DNA of 64,000 bases from a virus (taxonomy: Duplodnaviria; Heunggongvirae; Uroviricota; Caudoviricetes): positions 1-64,000 of the IMG/VR virus record IMGVR_UViG_3300044675_001501; one strand, written 5' to 3'. The position numbers and the translations under genes were made by a program. Of this stretch, positions 59,001 to 64,000 are shown piece after piece. Position 1 is the stretch's first letter, and the number at the start of each line of letters is the position of its first letter. The notes under the pieces are model-generated. The model did not search any database. It was not told where the DNA came from and saw only the letters and a list, made by a program, of their open reading frames with translations.

Positions 59001-59635
59001 GTGTTAATATAATTTTCTGGTTGTGACAGCGAGAAAGAAATTTGATTGTTTGTTGCGGTATGCTTATCAATAACAAAGTTTCTTAAATTCTCTGAAAGAG
59101 TTTCTGGTGTAACAGATCCAGCTGCAGGAACTAGATTATAAGTTGCTCCACCATTGTTTATTGCATAAATTACTGCACCAATATCTGGGATACTAGTAAA
59201 TTGCAAACCACAATCATATAGCTCTTGAATCTCTGTAACCAAACCAGAAGCAAGGAGAATAGCATTTTGTGATTCTACTCTAATGCTACTTGCTTGGAAA
59301 TCAGCAGAAGATGTTTGAAGAATATCAACATAACCACTGTTCTGAACGTAGTTGATAACAATACCAGAAGCAGCAGTTGCTGGTTGGTTGATTGTTCTGT
59401 TAATTTCAAAATCGTTAATCTGACCAGTCAGTCTCAAACGCTTTAATGTTACAACCTTGTACGCATCATCAGGTTGCTGTGGTACGTTCTCTACAAAAAC
59501 TGTTAGATTTCCTGGGTATCCACCTGGAACTGGAGTAGAAAGCAAAAATGTTCTCTGAACACCATCGCCCCTAAACTCATCTTTAGGTCTTGCGCCAGAA
59601 GAAACATCAGCTACTGTATTTCCGATATATGCCAT
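56084..59635 (-). CDS. repeat-rich structural protein (1183 aa; ~20 tandem ~37-aa '[26 protein letters not shown]' repeats)
   Basis: N-terminal tail-fibre-type domain. Near-identical DNA-level tandem repeats at ~56.6-58.9 kb. The repeat type is shared with the gp18 insertion. Confidence 0.8.
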   Translation of the reverse strand: MAYIGNTVADVSSGARPKDEFRGDGVQRTFLLSTPVPGGYPGNLTVFVENVPQQPDDAYKVVTLKRLRLTGQINDFEINRTINQPATAASGIVINYVQNSGYVDILQTSSADFQASSIRVESQNAILLASGLVTEIQELYDCGLQFTSIPDIGAVIYAINNGGATYNLVPAAGSVTPETLSENLRNFVIDKHTATNNQISFSLSQPENYINTLLVSVDGQVQTPVEDFTLATTGSVKLVSITNNGTGYEQTPSISFTGDGSGATAVATLGTTGIVKGVTVNNGGDDYTTPPSVSFSGGAGEGAVAEASLASTGKIASVAVTNPGANYTSAPSITFTGGGGSSATATATLTTTGSLKSLTLDNAGSGYSSAPTVDFTGGSGTGAAAVAVLGFAVNTATVDSGGSGYTSAPTVTLTGGNGTGATATSTLATAGALKTLTLSNGGSGYTTAPTVSFTGDGSNAAATATLATSGSVVSASVTSGGTLYEEAPAVTFTGGNGSGATADAVLASSGVIKSLTLSNVGAGYEATPTISFSGGSGIGATATATLSATANVKRIALNNGGSNYQNAPTVSFSGGGGSGAVATATLSSTGGIKQVNITNGGAGYTVAPTITFGGDGSGATATATVSGGTITGITITNAGSGYTTATVVITADPGDTITNPATASAVIGYAVASITLSNNGTGYTSAPTITITGDGNGASATAVLGYTIASLNITAGGSGYTSAPTVVITDTGAQAATTSAVATSTLGFAVASITITAGGSGYTSAPTILFTGSGSGAAATATLGFAVASLTITNNGSGYTSAPTISFTGSGSGAAATATLGFAVASITITAGGSGYTVAPTISFSGGSGTGVTATANLVSTGSIKNLTVLSGGSGYTSAPTVSFTGDGSGAAATAVLGYGIASIGVNTAGSGYNLSTQVTITPQVGDTNTTTATATVTLARSVVAVTVISPGSSYTSIPSVSFSGGGGSGATATARLGYGVASIAVTNQGSGYENTPTVVVTPQSGDVPLVAATAVAVLGSSDSIEFVTPRSTGEKVTIQHLGFSTVSRNVNEEVGSFTPQLRIGGNSVGLIYLNNIGQYVKTGRIVTVNIQIRLIQFGTSLGELTIIGLPYQSYGVTQQSFGFNFDESTEQFGPAMAVIPQSSNIVRLGYTNLLTGRWIPLTHTSLTNSAFMNLSFTYMSAK
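56600..58950 (-). repeat. in-frame tandem coding repeats (~111 nt / 37 aa period)
   Basis: Near-identical ~100-nt blocks, for example around 57180-57250 and 57290-57360. They encode the [10 protein letters not shown] repeats. Confidence 0.7.
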
Positions 59636-59958
59636 TATACATCCTCTAGGATTGATGCGATCGCGTCGATAGAAGATGCTACACTAGATTTAATTTTTAA
59701 AGCATCCCCAGCTTGAAGAACGATCTTTTGCCCTGAAATAACTTGTAATGATCCGCCAACTGGAACTGGAGCAGCCTTAACAACATAATAATCCAAAGCA
59801 GATTTTGTGATATAAACATCACAAGTCACTGCGCCATTTGTTGTATTGCAAATGTCAAGTTCAATAATGATAGACTTTAACCCAGTAGGAACAGTGTAAA
59901 CTGTTTCAGCTGATGATCCTACATTTCTTCTTAGTTCGTTTTTAAATACGTTTGCCAT
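59635..59958 (-). CDS. small structural protein (107 aa)
   Basis: ORF coupled to neighbours in the structural operon. Confidence 0.4.
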   Translation of the reverse strand: MANVFKNELRRNVGSSAETVYTVPTGLKSIIIELDICNTTNGAVTCDVYITKSALDYYVVKAAPVPVGGSLQVISGQKIVLQAGDALKIKSSVASSIDAIASILEDV

Positions 59959-59964
59959 GTTTAA

Positions 59965-60183
59965 TTATCCTAGAGCAAGTGTGATTGCGATTGAAAACTG
60001 ACGACCAGAATTAACAGCAGCTACTAGATTATCTTGAGGGTCAAGAAGAGTGTTAAGATCACCGATCTTCACTTCTTGATTATTAGTTCTCTCAATCGTT
60101 TGATTTGTTTTTACACGCCACTGATCAAAATTGTCAGTTTGCGGAACAGTAGGGATTGGAGTAGACTGATATGGTAGAGCCAT
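59965..60183 (-). CDS. small protein (72 aa) with hydrophobic C-terminus
   Basis: ORF. C-terminus 'FSIAITLALG' resembles the 55836..56063 product. Confidence 0.35.
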   Translation of the reverse strand: MALPYQSTPIPTVPQTDNFDQWRVKTNQTIERTNNQEVKIGDLNTLLDPQDNLVAAVNSGRQFSIAITLALG

Positions 60184-60434
60184 TATTCTTTCCTATCTAT
60201 TAGAATTTGTAACATTTGTTTGATACTATCAACATCATTCTTAAGATTATTTATTTCACAATTTAAAGAAGAAATTGAAGTAGACATAGCTTGTTTTTCT
60301 AACTCATTTCTTCTAGAGATAGACATCATTTTCTTATGTTCAAGATACCTTTTCGTATCAATGTTGACGACCGACCCAGTTCTTAAATCTTTAACTAGGT
60401 CGGGTCTTTTGTCAATCTTAGCAAGTTTTTCCAT
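60183..60434 (-). CDS. small coiled-coil protein (83 aa)
   Basis: Heptad-like 'LNCEINNLKNDVDSIKQMLQILI'. Overlaps both neighbours. Confidence 0.4.
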   Translation of the reverse strand: MEKLAKIDKRPDLVKDLRTGSVVNIDTKRYLEHKKMMSISRRNELEKQAMSTSISSLNCEINNLKNDVDSIKQMLQILIDRKE

Positions 60435-63400
60435 TATGAGTGAGCGATTAATCTTAGTTTCTTAATACGAGGAACTTTACTTGGATCAGTTGACTTCATA
60501 ACAATCTTAATGATTGCATTAGTAAACGGAGTAATGTCAATAACATCAATTGTTTGTTCACTAAACACATCTAATGCGTCATTAGATGCAGTAGTAAAAC
60601 CTGTATCAACATAATTTAGGGTGTTTGGATCCACACCAGTTGTCCAAGTCTTATAGTAAATTCTCAGATCAGTAAACTGCGGAATGTTACTGTCAAACAA
60701 GATCTTCAACGAATCTGCTGGGTTAGAAATAACCAGAGGACGTGTAATATAGTTTGCATAGTTTGATGTTCCAGTAGGAGCCCAATCTTCAACAAACTTA
60801 TCTAGCTGATCAATCTTCCAACTTGGGGTATTCTTTCTGATATAATATTCAGTTGAAGAAGTAATAGAAGATGTTGGGTTTGCTGTTAGAGTAATAGATG
60901 TATCACTATTAACAATAGAGACTGTTCCGATAGTAATACCTGTCTCACCATCTGTTCTTCCGTTTCCACCAAAACTTTGTTCAGTCAGAACATCACCAAC
61001 TGCAACTTCTGTTAGGAATGCGCTACCAGATCCAGTAACTGCAGTTGCTGCGCTACTTGTTGCTGTAATAAATCCTGCACCTTTGAAGTATAGATAATCA
61101 TTCACCATATCAATTGTTGCAGATGTTACGCCTGATGGGAAAGTAAACGCTGGAGAAACTGTAATTGTAATAACATCGTCTTCAGCGTTACCAACATTAA
61201 CAGTAGTATCGCTTGATGTTACAACAGTTTCAACTAGATACTTTCCGTTAATACCAGCGATCATACCAGACAAGTAGATATACTTACCTTGTTTAGCAAG
61301 AGATAACAGGTTATCAGCAGTATCAATATTAGTAGAAATAATACCCTTACCACCAGAGTTAGAGAATGTTAGTTTAGCTTCTGGAGTACCAATAGTAAAT
61401 GTTGTAGCTGGGTCAGTTGAAACAGTAACAGTAGATGCTGTTGCTAATGACTCTAATTCAAGCAAAGTATTGCCAAGAGTATAACCATTATCAGTTCCAG
61501 AAACTTGAGCTACCTTACCAATTAGTTGATTCTGTGTATTATACAATAATGTTCCAACTGGAGTTTCAGTAGTAAACTGGGTTCCGATACCAAACACATA
61601 TTTACTTCTAACAACAAATTGGTCTCCAGCATTAGTAGTTGGAGATGTTGTGTTAATTTTTATAGATCCTGGATTAACTTCCGTAATAGCTCCAATTAAA
61701 ACTGGAGTTGCAGCAGTTGTATAAATCTCATCACCAACTCTTAGTCGTTTCCATGGTGCACCAGTTTGTGAAGTTCCAGAACCATCAAACAAGTAAGTAG
61801 TTCCAGTAATAGTATATGTTCTAGTTCCTCCTGATGTAGTTGCAGCAGGTAGTGTTAGATTTGCGCCAAACAAATTGGTATAGTGGAACGCACCAATTGT
61901 TCCTGTCGCTGGTTCTGCATCAATATCAGCAGCTGTTACATCGTTCGCTTTTAGTAGAGGTCTGTTGTCAACACCAATAACATTAATGTCTGCTTCAGTT
62001 GGGCTATTAATCAGATTTCTAATAGCGAACACTGATAATCTACCCATATCGATAATAGGTGAGACGTTGGCATTAGATGAAGACAACTTAGCTCTTATTG
62101 AAACAGATGGACGTACCAATCCTGTTGCTGCAGAGAGAACGTCTTCGTTCTCATACGATCTAATAATCTTTCTTGAATTAAATGTAAAGTTTGTATTTTC
62201 AGTTAAAGACTGGTATCCACTAGGAGTTCCGTCAGTATCGATAGCTTGAACTTCAAATTTTAATTCAGTATCTGTAGGAACAACGTTGTCGCCCTTTAAG
62301 AATAGGTAATCAACAATTAGTTGTCTTGAGCACTTAATTCCTGTGCCACCATAATCACCTTTGACGAATTGATCTAGAATTTGCTGAACAGTTGTTTCTG
62401 TTCCAGCTTCCCCAGTGATTAGAATGTTTGGCTCAGACTCACCTGTTTGTGGATTAATATATTCATCTTCAGTTTGTAATCTAAAGCAGAATGAATCTTG
62501 ATCAACACCTTCTTGAAGTACAATCTGACCACCGTTTAGTAAACTTGCTGGAATACCAAAAGACTGCGACTTAGTTCCGTAATATCTTGTTTCTTCGAGA
62601 GTGTCAGCAATAAATTCTGCAACTCCCTCAATCATTACAACGTCGCCAGCACTAAATCCGTGGCGTGGTGCTCTAACTCTAATAATATCTGATCCTGGAG
62701 TAACCTCAAATGGATTAGCAGGAAGATTCATTAGTTTAGGTGGTAATGCTTTTAACTCAACCTGAGCTGTTTGACCAATATCAAACTCTGCCTGATACAT
62801 TCTAAACTTCATATCGAACAGAGGATTAATCTCAAACTCTTTACTGTTTTGCGACAAGTATAGAGATCCAGTTAGAGGTTGGTTTGTAACTACGTTACCT
62901 GTTAAAATGTCGCTCTTACCAAGCTCTGAAATGAAAACTTGACATCCTGGCTCGTCAGTCTTAACGATTAGAGCATAGTTCTCATTATCGACCAAGTAGA
63001 TTGGAGATCTAAACTTAAAGTTTGTTGCAACGCTACCATCATCGGAAACTGCTATCTCTGCTGGATTCTTAGTTACTTCAGAGAATGGCAGAATCTTAGA
63101 AGATGGGACGCCATTATCGGTGGTTCTAATCTCAACTGTAACAGGACGATTACCTGCTTCAGAGAAATATAGATCAACAGAAGTGATAAACATTCCACCA
63201 AAAGATTGAACAACGAATGTTTGTGCTAATGGATCGTGACCACGTCTTGGTCGAATAACCTGCAGGACACGTTGAGATGTTGAAACTCGGCGAACTGGAA
63301 TTGATTCGAATACACGATCTCGTACAAAGTTTGCTTGACGACTATTGACAATAGTTCGTTCGCGAGAAAGCGTAACTCCCACAGAGGAATAAGTAGCCTC

Positions 63401-64000
63401 ACCTATAGAATCAAAGTCAGCGCTGCTATTTGAAATATTATCTGTTATCTTAAATGAACGCTCACCAGTTCTAAATCTAATTGTATCGCTACTTGGGAGA
63501 TTAAAGACTCCAGCGCAAGATCCAGTAGTATCGGTTCTAATAGCATCACCAATTTTCTTCATTACTGGCAATGTTCCAGCAGTCGAGTTTCCATTGATTG
63601 CTGTTACAGTTACTTGGTTTCTAGCAGAGTTTGCGAATACAAGAGTACCAGTTAAGTTCTCGCCAATAGAGAAACCATTTTTAATGTTAGTTACATAAAT
63701 TTCTTGTGTTACTGGTCCAAGAGCATCAGTAGCAGAAGCGACACCAGCAAATACTACAACACCAGTAGCTTGTAATCTTCTAATGTAACCACCATCAGCG
63801 CCAGCGTAAGCAGCAGCTCTATCGTATGTGCTGAACTGTCTAATTCTTGAACCGTCTAATGACGTTAGAGTAATTGTTGTTCCGCTAATCGCTGCAATTT
63901 TAAATACTCTATTATTGATTTCTCTAGAAGTTCCAACATTATAAGTTCTAATTGTTGTCTGATTATTGATACGCTCAGTAACAGTTCTTGTAATGTTTAG
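60434..64000 (-). CDS. large structural (baseplate/fibre-associated) protein, 5' end outside window
   Basis: The 1045-aa track ORF starts at a TTG. The same frame stays open with no stop up to position 64000, so the true N-terminus lies beyond the window. Confidence 0.55.
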   Translation of the reverse strand, partial: LNITRTVTERINNQTTIRTYNVGTSREINNRVFKIAAISGTTITLTSLDGSRIRQFSTYDRAAAYAGADGGYIRRLQATGVVVFAGVASATDALGPVTQEIYVTNIKNGFSIGENLTGTLVFANSARNQVTVTAINGNSTAGTLPVMKKIGDAIRTDTTGSCAGVFNLPSSDTIRFRTGERSFKITDNISNSSADFDSIGEATYSSVGVTLSRERTIVNSRQANFVRDRVFESIPVRRVSTSQRVLQVIRPRRGHDPLAQTFVVQSFGGMFITSVDLYFSEAGNRPVTVEIRTTDNGVPSSKILPFSEVTKNPAEIAVSDDGSVATNFKFRSPIYLVDNENYALIVKTDEPGCQVFISELGKSDILTGNVVTNQPLTGSLYLSQNSKEFEINPLFDMKFRMYQAEFDIGQTAQVELKALPPKLMNLPANPFEVTPGSDIIRVRAPRHGFSAGDVVMIEGVAEFIADTLEETRYYGTKSQSFGIPASLLNGGQIVLQEGVDQDSFCFRLQTEDEYINPQTGESEPNILITGEAGTETTVQQILDQFVKGDYGGTGIKCSRQLIVDYLFLKGDNVVPTDTELKFEVQAIDTDGTPSGYQSLTENTNFTFNSRKIIRSYENEDVLSAATGLVRPSVSIRAKLSSSNANVSPIIDMGRLSVFAIRNLINSPTEADINVIGVDNRPLLKANDVTAADIDAEPATGTIGAFHYTNLFGANLTLPAATTSGGTRTYTITGTTYLFDGSGTSQTGAPWKRLRVGDEIYTTAATPVLIGAITEVNPGSIKINTTSPTTNAGDQFVVRSKYVFGIGTQFTTETPVGTLLYNTQNQLIGKVAQVSGTDNGYTLGNTLLELESLATASTVTVSTDPATTFTIGTPEAKLTFSNSGGKGIISTNIDTADNLLSLAKQGKYIYLSGMIAGINGKYLVETVVTSSDTTVNVGNAEDDVITITVSPAFTFPSGVTSATIDMVNDYLYFKGAGFITATSSAATAVTGSGSAFLTEVAVGDVLTEQSFGGNGRTDGETGITIGTVSIVNSDTSITLTANPTSSITSSTEYYIRKNTPSWKIDQLDKFVEDWAPTGTSNYANYITRPLVISNPADSLKILFDSNIPQFTDLRIYYKTWTTGVDPNTLNYVDTGFTTASNDALDVFSEQTIDVIDITPFTNAIIKIVMKSTDPSKVPRIKKLRLIAHS

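Noticed and set aside
24478-59635. Collagen-like interpretation of the Gly-rich repeats.
   Set aside because: There is no G-X-Y triplet periodicity. The repeats have a ~37-aa period with conserved GYT and APT motifs.
5174-63571. Track start codons at 5174, 14687, 3266 and 63571.
   Set aside because: These are TTG codons that the ORF finder translated as M. Nearby ATGs with Shine-Dalgarno sequences are preferred for gp45, gp55 and the 104-aa TM protein.

Overview
The window is a contiguous 64 kb segment of a T4-like myovirus genome. Its low GC content, the adjacency of the gp23-gp3-uvsY-uvsW-gp55-gp47-gp46-gp45-gp44-gp62-regA genes, and the hsp20 and cobS-like genes point to a marine cyanophage- or pelagiphage-like member of the T4 superfamily. 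Every supportable gene is on the minus strand. Transcription runs from high to low coordinates.

**High coordinates, virion module.** It contains very large tail-fibre or baseplate-like structural genes, including two paralogous giants of 3113 and 3464 aa. It also holds a 1183-aa protein built of about 37-aa tandem repeats and a set of fibre-like proteins. Below those come the neck genes gp13, gp14 and gp15, the large terminase gp17, the sheath gp18, the tube gp19, the portal gp20 and prohead-core proteins. The module ends with the protease gp21, the scaffold gp22, the major capsid protein gp23 and gp3.

**Low coordinates, replication and recombination module.** It encodes uvsY, uvsW, gp55, gp47, gp46, gp45, gp44, gp62, regA, dexA and hsp20. 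Between gp46 and gp45 sits an accessory island. The island holds a CobS/MoxR-like AAA+ ATPase and a vWA protein with an N-terminal HExxH motif; this cassette is bracketed by an exact 23-nt direct repeat and early promoters. The island also carries an SPFH lipoprotein with a small two-TM partner, a dATP/dGTP-pyrophosphohydrolase-like protein and a small wHTH-like protein.

**Regulatory signals.** Early promoters read on the minus strand resemble sigma-70 sites, and three are perfect TTGACA-17-TATAAT matches. Late promoters of the NATAAATA type and two intrinsic terminators are also present.

**Other observations.** No small terminase gene lies between gp15 and gp17. The tail sheath carries an insertion of the same repeat module that builds the 1183-aa protein. 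The last large ORF runs off the window edge.

Coordinates of hand-located motifs are approximate (about ±2 nt). No rRNA, tRNA or CRISPR was found.
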